A DNA stretch of 64,000 bases from Candidatus Blautia intestinigallinarum (GCA_019112635.1 DXIX01000029.1:18642-82641), one strand, 5' to 3'; counted from the first letter of the stretch, positions 19,612 to 31,294 are shown. Translations and numbers: made by a program. The notes: generated by a model not told the origin, from the letters alone.

Positions 19612-20268
19612 TTAATCTTCCGGGTCCTCTTCTCTCTTGCTGCCTCTCAGATCCCACACAGGCTTGTAATAATGAATCTCCAACAATTTCAGCACATCCT
19701 CGTGGCGCTTCTCCCGGATGGCGTTTAAAATATCTCTGTGCTGGTTCAGTCCGATGACCCACTCCTGGTCATCATTCTGATGGTCATAGAGGGAACCCAG
19801 GAAAAAGAGAGGAAAGACTGCGTCAAACTGGGAAATTAATCTCTCATTTCCTGTGGCTTCCAGAATACAACGGTCAAACATATCCGCATAATAAGTGAAT
19901 TCATAGGCATCCTTTTTCTCGAAATAAGATTCCTGGATCTTCAGTGTCTCTTCCATATGCTCGCACAGCTGCTCTGTGCAGTCAATCTCTACACAATACT
20001 TATAGGCTCCTGTGATCCAGAAATAGAGAACCTGTGCCAGTTCAAACATATCACGGCGGTTCAGGGTCACCACATGAATTCCGCTGTTGGGTGTGGTGAT
20101 GACCAATCCCTGCTGTTCCAGAAGGTTAAGCGCTTCCCGTATGGGAGAATTGCTGACCTTTAATTCTTTTGATAACTGTCCGATATTAATACGGCTTCCA
20201 AGAGGAATCTCCTGCTTTAAAATTCTTGTTTTTAAAATCTCATAGGTTTGTTCTTTGATTGTTTTCAT
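19612..20268 (-). CDS. GntR family transcriptional regulator (FCD domain)
   Basis: wHTH motif LSKELKVSNSPIREAL.LLEQQGLV; helical C-domain with ATGN..L and H..I..AI; divergent from iorA. Confidence 0.9.
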   Translation of the reverse strand: MKTIKEQTYEILKTRILKQEIPLGSRINIGQLSKELKVSNSPIREALNLLEQQGLVITTPNSGIHVVTLNRRDMFELAQVLYFWITGAYKYCVEIDCTEQLCEHMEETLKIQESYFEKKDAYEFTYYADMFDRCILEATGNERLISQFDAVFPLFFLGSLYDHQNDDQEWVIGLNQHRDILNAIREKRHEDVLKLLEIHYYKPVWDLRGSKREEDPED

Positions 20269-20343
20269 AGTTACTCTGCTCCTTCATTTGAATTTATCAT
20301 ACGCTAAATTTAGAATATTTGTCAAGATGAAGAAGAAAAAGGA

Positions 20344-20400
20344 TTGACAGATCCTAATCTTTCTGTTATTAATAAATTAACGCACGATGCATCATGCATC
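20344..20400 (+). promoter_or_regulatory. iorAB promoter with operator (copy 2)
   Basis: TTGACA at 20344-49; TG-n-TATTAA about 17 bp downstream; GCACGATGCATCATGC at 20382-20397. Confidence 0.8.
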
Positions 20401-20435
20401 TAAAAACATCACAAAAATAAAATGTAAAGGAGTGT

Positions 20436-22211
20436 GTGAATATGCGAGTGATGATGAGCGGCGATGAAGCCGTTGCAAGAGGTGCCTGGGAAGCAGGCGT
20501 GACAGTTGCTGCCGCCTATCCCGGTACGCCCAGTACAGAGATTTTGGAGAATGTCTCTCTTTATAAAGATGACATTTACTGTCAGTGGGCCAACAATGAA
20601 AAAGTTGCTGTGGAAATTGCCTCCGGCGCTTCCATTGGCGGTGCCAGAGCTCTCTCTGCCATGAAACATGTGGGCATGAACGTGGCGGCTGATCCGATCT
20701 TCACCATGGGATATGCCGGTGTCAACGGAGGTCTGGTAATTGTTACCGCTGATGACCCAGGCTGTCACAGTTCTCAGAATGAGCAGGATAACCGCCTGTA
20801 CGCGCAGCACGCGAAGCTGGGTATGGTAGAGCCTTCCGATTCCCAGGAGTGCAAGGATTATGTGAAAGCAGCTTATGAGATCGGCGAGCGCTTCGATCTG
20901 GCTATGCTGGTTCGCATGACCACCCGTGTCTGTCATTCCAAGAGTATTGTGGAACTTGCTGACCGTAAGGAAGTCGGTGTGAAGCCCTATGAGCGCAAAG
21001 TAGATAAATACGCTATGCTCCCGGCTGTGGCCAGAAGCCGCCATCTGGCTGTGGAGGAAAATCTTGCGAAATTGGAGGAATATGCTTACTCCTGCGCATT
21101 GAACCGCACAGAGTATCATGACAAAAAGATTGGAATCATCACCAGCGGAATCTCCTACATGCATGCCCGTGAAGTCTTTGGGGACAATGCCTCCTATCTG
21201 AAATTCGGACTTACTTATCCTCTGAGCAAGAAATTGATCCAGGAATTCTGTGAGAACGTGGAAAAAGTGTATGTCATCGAGGAAGGCGAACCTTATCTGG
21301 AGACTGCTGTGCGGGCACTCGGGATTGACTGTCTTGGCAAAGAAGTAGTCACCTGTCAGGGAGAATTGAACGCACAGATTGTAAGAGAAGCATTTCAGGT
21401 GGGAACTGCCCCGGATACATACCAGGTAGAGCTTCAGGCTCCGCCAAGACCTCCGGTTCTCTGTGCCGGATGTCCCCACAGAGGATTCTTCTATTCTCTG
21501 AGCCGCTTCCAGAAACGTCTCATTGCTGTGGGCGATATCGGATGCTATGCTCTGGGTGTCAATCCTCCTCTGAACGGATTCGATATCTCGATCTGTATGG
21601 GTGCCGGATTCTCCGCTCCGATCGGATTGGCTCAGGCACTGAAAAGACAGCAGGATTCCAGAAAAGTCTTCGGTATCCTGGGAGACTCCACGTTCTTCCA
21701 CTCCGGAATGAACAGTATGATTGATGCCATTCATGCCCAGGCGAACGTATGCCTCTGTGTGCTGGATAACTCGATTACTGCCATGACCGGGCATCAGGAG
21801 AATGCGGGAACTGAGAGAAACCTGATGGGCGAGGAAGTGCCAAGAATTGAACTGTTGGATATCATCAAAGCTACCGGGCTGTCTGAAGAATTTATCTCTG
21901 TGGTAGATCCTCTGGATCTGAACGGCATGAAAGAAGCCATTGAGAAAGCTCTGGCAGTGGAAGGTCCTTATCTCATTGTGACGAAACGTCCTTGTGCCCT
22001 GATCAAGTCTGTAATCAAACAGAATGCAGGAAAACACTGTGTGATCGATGCAGACAAATGTAAAGGCTGTAAATCCTGTATGAAGATTGCCTGTCCTTCT
22101 CTCGCGTTCGAGAATAAGAAGGCCTATGTGGCAGACCCGGCGAACTGCAATGCTTGCGGACTTTGTATGCAAATGTGTAAATTCGGAGCAATTACGAAAG
22201 TAGGTGAATGA
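20436..22211 (+). CDS. iorA: Indolepyruvate:ferredoxin oxidoreductase alpha subunit
   Basis: AYPGTPSTE, NEKVA, MKHVG.NVA.D, SSQNEQD, RPPVLCAGCPHR, GDIGCY and TPP motif GDSTF.HSG...DN; two C-terminal 4Fe-4S motifs. Start could be ATG 20442. Confidence 0.95.
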   Translation: MNMRVMMSGDEAVARGAWEAGVTVAAAYPGTPSTEILENVSLYKDDIYCQWANNEKVAVEIASGASIGGARALSAMKHVGMNVAADPIFTMGYAGVNGGLVIVTADDPGCHSSQNEQDNRLYAQHAKLGMVEPSDSQECKDYVKAAYEIGERFDLAMLVRMTTRVCHSKSIVELADRKEVGVKPYERKVDKYAMLPAVARSRHLAVEENLAKLEEYAYSCALNRTEYHDKKIGIITSGISYMHAREVFGDNASYLKFGLTYPLSKKLIQEFCENVEKVYVIEEGEPYLETAVRALGIDCLGKEVVTCQGELNAQIVREAFQVGTAPDTYQVELQAPPRPPVLCAGCPHRGFFYSLSRFQKRLIAVGDIGCYALGVNPPLNGFDISICMGAGFSAPIGLAQALKRQQDSRKVFGILGDSTFFHSGMNSMIDAIHAQANVCLCVLDNSITAMTGHQENAGTERNLMGEEVPRIELLDIIKATGLSEEFISVVDPLDLNGMKEAIEKALAVEGPYLIVTKRPCALIKSVIKQNAGKHCVIDADKCKGCKSCMKIACPSLAFENKKAYVADPANCNACGLCMQMCKFGAITKVGE

Positions 22212-22212
22212 T

Positions 22213-22791
22213 ATGACAACAAGTATACTGCTGACCGGCGTAGGCGGACAGGGGACCATCCTGACCAGCAAGATTCTCACCGCCGGCCTGATGGAAAAAG
22301 GTTATGATGTGAAAATGAGTGAGATTCATGGGATGAGCCAGAGAGGCGGCACCGTGAACACACAGATTAAATATGGCGAGAAAGTTTACGCTCCCAATAT
22401 CGGAAACGGGGAAGCCGATCTGATCGTAGCTTTTGAGAAGGTCGAGGCACTGCGCGCACTCCCCTACCTGAAAAAAGGCGGCATGATCGTGATGGATGAG
22501 CGTGAAATCTACTCTATGCCGGTTCTGACAGGGGCTGCAGAGTATCCGCATAATGCCCATGAAGTCTTAAAAGAAGCTGTCGAAAATGTAATTGTCCTTC
22601 CGGCTAGCAAGATTGCCGAGGAAGCAGGAAATATCAAGGCTCAGAATATCTGTCTCCTCGGTGCTCTGGTGGGTGTGCTGAAACTGGATGACATTGACTG
22701 GAAACGGATTATCACTGAACAGGTTCCAGCCAAATTCTTGGAAGTGAATTTGAAGGCTTTTGAAGCAGGACATAACCTGCAGATTTCTTAA
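22213..22791 (+). CDS. iorB: Indolepyruvate:ferredoxin oxidoreductase beta subunit
   Basis: GVGGQG, SEIHGMSQRGG and N..AFEAG motifs. Confidence 0.95.
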   Translation: MTTSILLTGVGGQGTILTSKILTAGLMEKGYDVKMSEIHGMSQRGGTVNTQIKYGEKVYAPNIGNGEADLIVAFEKVEALRALPYLKKGGMIVMDEREIYSMPVLTGAAEYPHNAHEVLKEAVENVIVLPASKIAEEAGNIKAQNICLLGALVGVLKLDDIDWKRIITEQVPAKFLEVNLKAFEAGHNLQIS

Positions 22792-22851
22792 GGCACGTTT
22801 TCGCCTCACAGATTACCGTCCTGCCTCCCGCTCCATTTGATCTCGGAATTT

Positions 22852-22891
22852 CGAATGTTTGTTTGCATTTCCTCAACAAATATGATAGAAT
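22852..22891 (+). promoter_or_regulatory. lexA promoter with SOS-box-like site
   Basis: CGAATGTTTGTTTG (22852-65) resembles the Gram-positive CGAAC-N4-GTTYG box and overlaps TTGCAT-17-TAGAAT. Confidence 0.65.
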
Positions 22892-22930
22892 GAATTAGAA
22901 TATTTTGAATAATAGACGGGAGGAGCCTAT

Positions 22931-23557
22931 ATGGGGTACGGTAAGATAACCGATAAACAGAGGGAGATTCTGGAATACATAAAAAATGAGATCTTAAATC
23001 GGGGATTTCCACCGTCAGTCCGCGAGATCTGTGAGGCGGTGAAACTGAAATCCACTTCTTCCGTTCACGCACATCTGGAGACTTTGGAGAAGAACGGATA
23101 TATCCGCAGAGACCCGACGAAACCGCGCACAATTGAAATTCTGGACGATAACTTTAATCTTCTCCGCCGGGAGATGGTGAACGTGCCTGTTGTCGGCGTA
23201 GTGACCGCCGGACAGCCGATCCTGGCCGTAGAGAATATCGAGAGTTATTTTCCAGTGCCAGCGGAGATGATGCCGAATAAGCAATGTTTTATTCTCCATG
23301 TGAAGGGTGAGAGTATGGTAAACGCCGGTATCCTGGATGGGGACCAGGTACTGGTTCAGCAGCAGCCGGACGCAGAGAACGGAGAGATTGTGGTAGCGCT
23401 TCTGGGGGAAGATGCCACAGTCAAGAGGTTCTATAAGGAAGACGGATACTACCGTCTTCAGCCGGAGAATGATACCATGGATCCGATTATCGTGAACCAG
23501 GATGAGGATTTTCAGATACTGGGGAAGGTTTTTGGAGTCTTCCGTCTGTTTCAATAA
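22931..23557 (+). CDS. lexA: SOS repressor LexA
   Basis: PPSVREI, STSSVH, AG cleavage site (VTAGQP), GESM and TVKRF motifs. Confidence 0.97.
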   Translation: MGYGKITDKQREILEYIKNEILNRGFPPSVREICEAVKLKSTSSVHAHLETLEKNGYIRRDPTKPRTIEILDDNFNLLRREMVNVPVVGVVTAGQPILAVENIESYFPVPAEMMPNKQCFILHVKGESMVNAGILDGDQVLVQQQPDAENGEIVVALLGEDATVKRFYKEDGYYRLQPENDTMDPIIVNQDEDFQILGKVFGVFRLFQ

Positions 23558-23575
23558 TGAATCATAAAATCTCAG

Positions 23576-23618
23576 AAAAAAACCGGGACATGCCCATGCA
23601 GGTGTGTCCCGGTTTTTT
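23576..23618. terminator. Bidirectional intrinsic terminator (lexA/rsfS)
   Basis: A7-CCGGGACA...TGTCCCGG-T6. Confidence 0.85.
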
Positions 23619-23671
23619 GCGGTGCGCCCGGCAAATGCCTGCTTAAGCAAGCCCGGCTGTCGCAAAAACTT

Positions 23672-24031
23672 CTATTCTTCTTCCAATTCCTCGGCTGTGA
23701 TGGTGTGGCCGTCTCTCCAGATTCTCTCCAGATCGTAAAAAAGCCGGTTCTCTTCATCGAAGACATGTACAATCAGATCGCCGTAATCCATCAGAATCCA
23801 GCTGGAGCTGCGGGTTCCCTCGATCTGCTTTGGCTCATAGCCTGCTCTTCCCAGCTTCTCTTCCACATTGTCAACCATGGCCTGAACCTGGTTCTGGTTC
23901 CCGCCGCTGGCAATGATGAAATAGTCTGCAATGGTGGAGACTTCCCCAATATCGATAATCTTGATATCCATTGCCTTCTTCTCATCCAGCGCCTTGTATG
24001 CCAGTCTGGCCATTTCTTTTCCGATATTCAT
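23672..24031 (-). CDS. rsfS: Ribosome silencing factor
   Basis: EKKA.DI, ADYFIIASG, WILMDYGD and FYDLERIW motifs. Confidence 0.95.
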   Translation of the reverse strand: MNIGKEMARLAYKALDEKKAMDIKIIDIGEVSTIADYFIIASGGNQNQVQAMVDNVEEKLGRAGYEPKQIEGTRSSSWILMDYGDLIVHVFDEENRLFYDLERIWRDGHTITAEELEEE

Positions 24032-24630
24032 CTTTCGACCTCCTGTTTGCGTTCCTGGTGAAGCTTTTGATAGAACTCAAAGGCATCACGGGTCATAGTA
24101 TCAATCTCTCCCGGATTTCCGTCCAGATAAGACAAAGTATCTCTTAAAATCTCATACATACACTCATCCAGATCCTGAAAAGCCGTACGGCGGATTGAAT
24201 CCAGATTCGGGGCTTTGTCACGCATAGGCTCGATATAATCCGCAATGTACACGATCTTTTCTAGTTTTGTCATATCCGGCTTTCCGGTTGTGTGGTAGGT
24301 AATGGAACTTAAGATCGATTCCTCCTCCACATGATATTTTTCTTTTGCAATATAGGCTCCCAGTTTCGCATGAAGTAAAAAAGGATGTTCCCTCTCTACT
24401 TCGGTCACGGGGATATGATGTTTTTTGCACATTTCCAGTTTTTTCTTGTTCGGGATGCACTTTGCACTGTCGTGCAAAAGTCCCGCCACCTGGGCATCCA
24501 TCAAGTTATAGCCGTGCACCATAGCCAGGGAAGCACAGGTATACATCACCCCCAGGGTGTGCAGAAAACGCTGCTCATCCAGGTATTTCTCCAGCTTTTT
24601 CTGCATATGATACAGATCATAGACTGCCAT
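24028..24630 (-). CDS. yqeK: YqeK HD-domain Ap4A hydrolase
   Basis: RF.HTLGV, LLHD.AK, HTTG and ADYIEP motifs; between nadD and rsfS. Confidence 0.92.
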   Translation of the reverse strand: MAVYDLYHMQKKLEKYLDEQRFLHTLGVMYTCASLAMVHGYNLMDAQVAGLLHDSAKCIPNKKKLEMCKKHHIPVTEVEREHPFLLHAKLGAYIAKEKYHVEEESILSSITYHTTGKPDMTKLEKIVYIADYIEPMRDKAPNLDSIRRTAFQDLDECMYEILRDTLSYLDGNPGEIDTMTRDAFEFYQKLHQERKQEVER

Positions 24631-24646
24631 CTTCTCCCCTCCTCTC

Positions 24647-25267
24647 TCAGTGGTGATAGATCTTCTGACTCTCAATATAGGAAATTACGGAGTCACTGCA
24701 GTAATAGCGGATACTCTTCCCCTCCTGCACCCAGCGGCGGAGAATCTGAGAGGAGACATCGATATTCAGGGTATCCAGGCGGATGAAATTGCCGTGATAC
24801 TTCTCCTGCAGACGCTTCATCTCAACGTCGATTTTGCCCACTGGTGTATGGTTCCTGGTGGCCACCACAATGGTACAGGCCGCACAGATCCGATCCGGTT
24901 TCATCCAGCTGTCCAGGCTGAACAGCGAGTCGGCTCCGATGATAAAATAATACTCAATATCCGGATTCTCTGCGTTTAACTGTTCCAGTGTCCTGTAAGT
25001 ATAAGAATATCCTTCCTCATGCATCTCGATGGTGGAAAGCTCGAAATGAGGATTGGGGGCGATGGCTCTGGCGACCATCTCCACACGCTGTTCATCGCTG
25101 GCACGTCCTTTTCGGTTCTTCTTGTGAGGCGGATTGCCGGACGGCATGAACAGAACTTTTTCCAGTTCCAGCTGCTCGTAAGCTTTCTCCCCTAAGATTA
25201 AGTGACCGATATGGATGGGATCAAAAGTTCCCCCCATAATCCCGATTTTTCTGCGTTTTTCTCCCAT
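24647..25267 (-). CDS. nadD: Nicotinate-nucleotide adenylyltransferase
   Basis: GGTFDPIHIGH, PPHK, SYT and IIGAD motifs. Confidence 0.96.
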   Translation of the reverse strand: MGEKRRKIGIMGGTFDPIHIGHLILGEKAYEQLELEKVLFMPSGNPPHKKNRKGRASDEQRVEMVARAIAPNPHFELSTIEMHEEGYSYTYRTLEQLNAENPDIEYYFIIGADSLFSLDSWMKPDRICAACTIVVATRNHTPVGKIDVEMKRLQEKYHGNFIRLDTLNIDVSSQILRRWVQEGKSIRYYCSDSVISYIESQKIYHH

Positions 25268-25282
25268 AATGGTTCCTCTTTT

Positions 25283-25576
25283 TTATTTCGGCAGTTCAAT
25301 TTTTCTCTTGTCTTTTTTTCCTCTCTTATAGAGAATGATTTTCTTTCCGATTACCTGCACTACCTCAGACTGTGTCCGCTCCGCAAGCATCTGCGCCATG
25401 TCCTGTGGATCGAACAGACAGTTCTGGAGCACAGAAATTTTGATCAGCTCCCTCGCCTCCAAAGCTTCCGCCACAGAGGCAGTGTTCTCGGGAGTCACAC
25501 CGCTCTTTCCCAGCTGAAGAATCGGCTCAATTTTCATGGCAAGACTTCTCAAATAAGCCCTCTGTTTACTCGTCAT
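25283..25576 (-). CDS. yhbY: CRM-domain RNA-binding protein YhbY
   Basis: KQRAYLRSLA, GKSG, ELIKI and QVIGK motifs. Confidence 0.95.
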   Translation of the reverse strand: MTSKQRAYLRSLAMKIEPILQLGKSGVTPENTASVAEALEARELIKISVLQNCLFDPQDMAQMLAERTQSEVVQVIGKKIILYKRGKKDKRKIELPK

Positions 25577-25588
25577 CGATTGTTACCT

Positions 25589-26938
<1,350 letters not shown>

Positions 26939-26991
26939 CTATATGATAGAAAAGGCTCCAAACCGATACGATTTGAAGCCTCATGCTGCTC

Positions 26992-27276
26992 TTACTCAGA
27001 TACTGGAACGATAGAAACCTGTTTCTTGTCTCTTCCTTTTCTGGTATATCTTACAACACCGTCTGTCAAAGCAAACAAAGTGTAATCTTTGCCGCATCCA
27101 ACGTTCACACCTGGATGAATCTTTGTTCCGCGCTGTCTGTAAAGGATATTGCCAGCTTTTACAAACTGTCCGTCTGCTCTCTTCGCTCCCAGTCTCTTGG
27201 ACTCGGAATCTCTGCCGTTCTTAGTAGAACCAACTCCCTTTTTATGAGCAAAAAGCTGAAGGTTCATTCTCATCAT
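26992..27276 (-). CDS. rpmA: 50S ribosomal protein L27 (with Prp-cleaved N-terminal extension)
   Basis: [10 protein letters not shown]...KNGRDS motif. Confidence 0.98.
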   Translation of the reverse strand: MMRMNLQLFAHKKGVGSTKNGRDSESKRLGAKRADGQFVKAGNILYRQRGTKIHPGVNVGCGKDYTLFALTDGVVRYTRKGRDKKQVSIVPVSE

Positions 27277-27280
27277 GGCC

Positions 27281-27601
27281 TTACACCTCCTTGGTTATTA
27301 CCTCTAAATACTTACCATCGCAGCTCTCTTCGATCTGAGTCAGACCCAGAACCAGGGCATCCATCAGAAGGGTTCCTCTCTCGCTGACCGGATCTGTGAA
27401 ACGGAAGAATACCTCCCCGTCATCCTCTTTCAGCTCAATCTCATCTTCCGTGAAAGTCTCGATGGAATTCACCGTCGTGATCACCAGTGCGGATACCGCC
27501 GCGCAGATGATATCCTTCCCGGAATCGGCATACCCTGCATGCCCTTTGGAATGAAAGCTTGCGTAAGAATGATTTTTCTTTTTTACTGTTACACGAATCA
27601 T
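27281..27601 (-). CDS. prp: Ribosomal-processing cysteine protease Prp
   Basis: GHA...DIICAAVS motif; between rplU and rpmA. Confidence 0.95.
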   Translation of the reverse strand: MIRVTVKKKNHSYASFHSKGHAGYADSGKDIICAAVSALVITTVNSIETFTEDEIELKEDDGEVFFRFTDPVSERGTLLMDALVLGLTQIEESCDGKYLEVITKEV

Positions 27602-27615
27602 ATTTCCGACAGGAA

Positions 27616-27921
27616 TTAAGCGTTAATCTTTTCGATCTTCACTTTCGTGTACTGCTGTCTGTGACCGTTTTTCTTGTGATAACCAGTTTTTCTTTTGTAT
27701 TTGTAAACGACAACTTTCTTAGCTTTGCCGTTCTCAACTACAGAAGCGGTAACACTGGCATTTGCCACATCGCTGCCTACTTTCAGACCGTCGTTGCTCA
27801 CTGCGATTACGTCATCGAAAGTAACAGTCTCTCCAGCTTCCACACCAAGTTTTTCTACTTTAATGGTATCGCCCTCGGATACTTTGTACTGTTTACCACC
27901 TGTTGCAATAATTGCGTACAT
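27616..27921 (-). CDS. rplU: 50S ribosomal protein L21
   Basis: [14 protein letters not shown]...GHRQ.YT. Confidence 0.98.
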   Translation of the reverse strand: MYAIIATGGKQYKVSEGDTIKVEKLGVEAGETVTFDDVIAVSNDGLKVGSDVANASVTASVVENGKAKKVVVYKYKRKTGYHKKNGHRQQYTKVKIEKINA

Positions 27922-27940
27922 ATGGCACCTCCTATAAACA

Positions 27941-27996
27941 TTACTCGCCAAATATGGTGGCCTTGCGGCTCTTCAAACCTCTTTGTGCGGCATACC
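27941..27996 (-). ncRNA. L21 ribosomal protein leader
   Basis: Minus strand reads GUAUGCCGCACAAAGAGGU...CACC...UGGCGAGU, between promoter TTGACT-17-TATTAT (28030-28002) and rplU. Confidence 0.75.
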
Positions 27997-28196
27997 TTTG
28001 TATAATAGCATCGAAAGTGGTGAAAGTCAAGAGTTATTGCGACTTTTTCATGAAATTTGCGAACACATTCGATTCTCCTTTGCTTTCTGAGAGTTTCCTG
28101 TTATAATAAGATTGTGAAAGATTCAGCAAAAGATGAGTCCGGGCAGCCGGATGATTCTACAATATTTCCTAAGATGAGAAAGGAGAATAAATAACA

Positions 28197-29987
28197 ATGA
28201 ATGTCACTGAAACTATCAAATACGTTGGTGTGAATGACCATCAGGTGGATCTCTTTGAGGGTCAGTACGTAGTGCCAAGCGGAATGTCCTACAATTCCTA
28301 TGTGATCGACGATGAGAAGATCGCAATCATGGACACCGTGGATATCCATTTTACCCATGAGTGGCTGGACAATATCGCAAACGTTTTGAATGGAAGAAAA
28401 CCAGATTATCTGGTAGTTCAGCACATGGAGCCGGATCACGCTGCCAATATCGAGAACTTCATGAAGACATATCCGGATACAACCATCGTTGCCACTGCGA
28501 AAGCGTTCGCCATGATGGATTGTTTCTTTAACCTGGATCCTCAGGTAAAACGCCACGTTGCAGACAATGGTTCCACATTATCTCTCGGAAAGCATCTGCT
28601 CACCTTCGTGTTCGCTCCAATGGTTCACTGGCCAGAGGTTATGATGACTTACGAAAGCACCGAGAAGGTTCTCTTCTCCGCAGACGGATTCGGTAAATTC
28701 GGTGCCCTGGATGTGGAAGAAGACTGGGATGACGAGGCACGCCGTTATTATATCGGTATCGTTGGAAAATACGGCGCACAGGTTCAGGCTGTTCTGAAAC
28801 TGGCAGGCACTCTGGATATCCAGACCATTTGTCCTCTGCACGGACCGATCCTGAAAGAAAATCTCGGACATTACATCCAGAAATACGATATCTGGTCTTC
28901 TTATAAAGTGGAGGAAGAAGGTATTGTCATCGCATATACTTCCGTATACGGACACACCAAGAAAGCCGTTGAGATGCTGGCTGAGCAGCTCAAAGCGAAG
29001 GGATGCCCGAAGGTTGTTGTCTATGATCTCGCAAGATGTGACATGTCACAGGCTGTGGCTGACGCATTCCGCTATGAGAAACTGGTACTGGCTACCACCA
29101 CTTACAACGCAGAGATCTTCCCATTCATGAAACAGTTCATCGATCATCTGACTGAGCGGAACTTCCAGAAACGTACCATCGGTCTGATCGAGAATGGTTC
29201 CTGGTCTCCTCTGGCTGCGAAGATCATGAAATGTATGTTTGCAAAATCCAAAGACATCACCTGGCTTCACACTACCGTCAGAATCAAATCTGCGGTCAGC
29301 GCTGAGAACAAAGAGCAGCTGGAAGCAATGTCCAACGAACTCTGCCAGAAATACATCGCGCAGTCCCCGGATTCCGCCAACAAGAACGATCTCACTGCTC
29401 TGTTCCGCATTGGATATGGCCTCTATGTGGTTACCTCCAACGATGGCAAAAAGGATAACGGTCTGATCGTCAACACTGTGACACAGCTGACCGACACCCC
29501 GAACCGTGTGGCTGTCAACATCAACAAAGCGAACTATTCTCACCATATCATCAAACAGACTGGCATTCTCAATGTAAACTGTCTGTCTGTGGACGCTCCG
29601 TTCAGTGTATTTGAGCGCTTCGGATTCCAGAGCGGACGTACTGCGGATAAATTTGACGGCATCACACCGATTCGCTCCGACAATGGTCTTGTGATCCTTC
29701 CGGAGTATATCAATGCTGTGATTTGCCTGAAAGTTGAGCAGTATGTGGATCTTGGAACCCATGGCATGTTCATCTGCTCTGTGACAGAGGCACGTGTGAT
29801 GAGTGAGAAAGAGACCATGACTTATACTTACTACCAGAACAACGTGAAACCGAAACCAAACACTGAGGGCAAGAAAGGCTTCGTATGCAAAGTCTGCGGA
29901 TACATTTATGAAGGCGATGAGCTGCCGGATGACTTCATCTGCCCGCTCTGCAAACATGGTGTGGCTGACTTTGAACCGATTCAGTAA
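28197..29987 (+). CDS. fprA: Flavodiiron protein fused to flavin reductase and rubredoxin domains
   Basis: HMEPDH, HWPE, SADGFG and PLHG diiron ligands; flavodoxin SVYGHT; flavin reductase YGLYVV...GTH; C-terminal CKVCGY...CPLC. Confidence 0.92.
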   Translation: MNVTETIKYVGVNDHQVDLFEGQYVVPSGMSYNSYVIDDEKIAIMDTVDIHFTHEWLDNIANVLNGRKPDYLVVQHMEPDHAANIENFMKTYPDTTIVATAKAFAMMDCFFNLDPQVKRHVADNGSTLSLGKHLLTFVFAPMVHWPEVMMTYESTEKVLFSADGFGKFGALDVEEDWDDEARRYYIGIVGKYGAQVQAVLKLAGTLDIQTICPLHGPILKENLGHYIQKYDIWSSYKVEEEGIVIAYTSVYGHTKKAVEMLAEQLKAKGCPKVVVYDLARCDMSQAVADAFRYEKLVLATTTYNAEIFPFMKQFIDHLTERNFQKRTIGLIENGSWSPLAAKIMKCMFAKSKDITWLHTTVRIKSAVSAENKEQLEAMSNELCQKYIAQSPDSANKNDLTALFRIGYGLYVVTSNDGKKDNGLIVNTVTQLTDTPNRVAVNINKANYSHHIIKQTGILNVNCLSVDAPFSVFERFGFQSGRTADKFDGITPIRSDNGLVILPEYINAVICLKVEQYVDLGTHGMFICSVTEARVMSEKETMTYTYYQNNVKPKPNTEGKKGFVCKVCGYIYEGDELPDDFICPLCKHGVADFEPIQ

Positions 29988-30019
29988 GACAGTTGTAAAA
30001 TAAAAACAGCTATGTAAAA

Positions 30020-30084
30020 TAAAAAGGACCATTCCTAGAATCCAGGCTTTTATCAAGCTTCGGATCTTGGAATGGTCTTTTTTT
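30020..30084. terminator. Bidirectional terminator (fprA/MFS)
   Basis: AAAAAGGACCATTCC...GGAATGGTCTTTTTT. Confidence 0.8.
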
Positions 30085-30088
30085 GATA

Positions 30089-31294
30089 CTATTTTTTCTT
30101 ATTAAACTTCATAATCAATACATCTACGACCAAGGCTGCCACTGCCAGCACCATGATCATCACAAAAGTAGAATTGTAAGCGCCTCCGGATTGCTCAATC
30201 AGCATACTGGAGATCATCGGTCCAAGAATCGCCGCAGGAATCAGGGCGAAGTTGCCGAGACTGAAATTCACCGGATAATACTTGGGACCATACTCTTTGT
30301 GGATGAACGCGGATGTTATCGTAGGTGTGCTGCCATATCCCACACCGGCCAGCAGAAGACCGATCAAGATAAATGGAATTCCGAAATTCACAGCACCCAG
30401 GAACAGACACAATCCTGCCAGGAACGTAAAACAGATGTTCAAAAACAGAGACGGCTTGGTGCTGAACTTGTCAAAGAAGCTTCCCATGAACACTCTTCCG
30501 CCGCCGTTACACAGAGAGACAACCAGTCCCATAACAGCCGGCGCACCAAAAGCCAGTGCGATGGACGCCGCACTGTTGATGACCAGAAGGCCGGCAGAAT
30601 TCAGAAGAATCGCCCACAGAACAAACAGCCAGAAGACAGGAGTCTTCAACATATCTGCTGTGGTAGTGCTGGGAACCTCTTCTTCGGAACTCGTGGCTGA
30701 TTCGTTCTCCGTCTTCGGCGGTACTTTCATGAAGAAAGAACCTGCCACCAGGATTATTGCCACGGCCACGGCAAGAACCAGGAAGGTTGGAAAGAGTCCG
30801 ATGGCACTGATCAGACTGTTGACCGCACTTCCCAGGATAATTCCGCCCAGTCCGAATCCCATCAACATCAATCCAGACGCAAGACCTGCCCGGTCTGTAA
30901 ACCACTTGTTCACCGTACTGATCACTGTGTTGTATCCGAAACCAACTCCACCGCCGCAGAAGAAACCATAGAAGACATATAAAAGGATCAAGCTGGTGCC
31001 GGAATCATCAGGATTCAATCTGGAAGCTCCGAAAAATCCAATAAAAAGCATAATTGCTGACAGCCAGAGAACTGTCCGAGGCGGAAATTTCTTCGCCAGA
31101 AGACCGGAGAAAAAGCCGCACAGACAGAAGAAAATCATAGAAATCGTAAACGTAAGCGACAGCTGTGATTCCGTCCAGTCTGTGTACACCTCATTGAAAG
31201 GAGCTTTGAAAATCGACCATGCATAAATCAGCCCCAGAAACAACAGCATAACAGTTCCAGCAATCAGATAACTCCAACGTTTTGTGTTATTCAT
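30089..31294 (-). CDS. MFS transporter, OFA (oxalate:formate antiporter)-like
   Basis: About 12 TM; G.IYAWS, KWF.DR.GLA.G and N..GRVF.G..D motifs typical of OFA/MCT families. Confidence 0.85.
   Translation of the reverse strand: MNNTKRWSYLIAGTVMLLFLGLIYAWSIFKAPFNEVYTDWTESQLSLTFTISMIFFCLCGFFSGLLAKKFPPRTVLWLSAIMLFIGFFGASRLNPDDSGTSLILLYVFYGFFCGGGVGFGYNTVISTVNKWFTDRAGLASGLMLMGFGLGGIILGSAVNSLISAIGLFPTFLVLAVAVAIILVAGSFFMKVPPKTENESATSSEEEVPSTTTADMLKTPVFWLFVLWAILLNSAGLLVINSAASIALAFGAPAVMGLVVSLCNGGGRVFMGSFFDKFSTKPSLFLNICFTFLAGLCLFLGAVNFGIPFILIGLLLAGVGYGSTPTITSAFIHKEYGPKYYPVNFSLGNFALIPAAILGPMISSMLIEQSGGAYNSTFVMIMVLAVAALVVDVLIMKFNKKK

Noticed and set aside
20409-22280. 623-aa antisense ORF spanning iorA
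   Set aside because: Shadow of iorA's codon bias, with no recognisable motifs or RBS. The same applies to long antisense ORFs over fprA, fdhF, hydA, moeA and the radical SAM gene.
28060-28129. SOS-like (CGAACACATTCG) and Rex-like (TTGTGAAAGATTCAGCAA) sites upstream of fprA
   Set aside because: The first has the wrong spacing for a LexA box; the second matches only one half-site well. Too weak to call.
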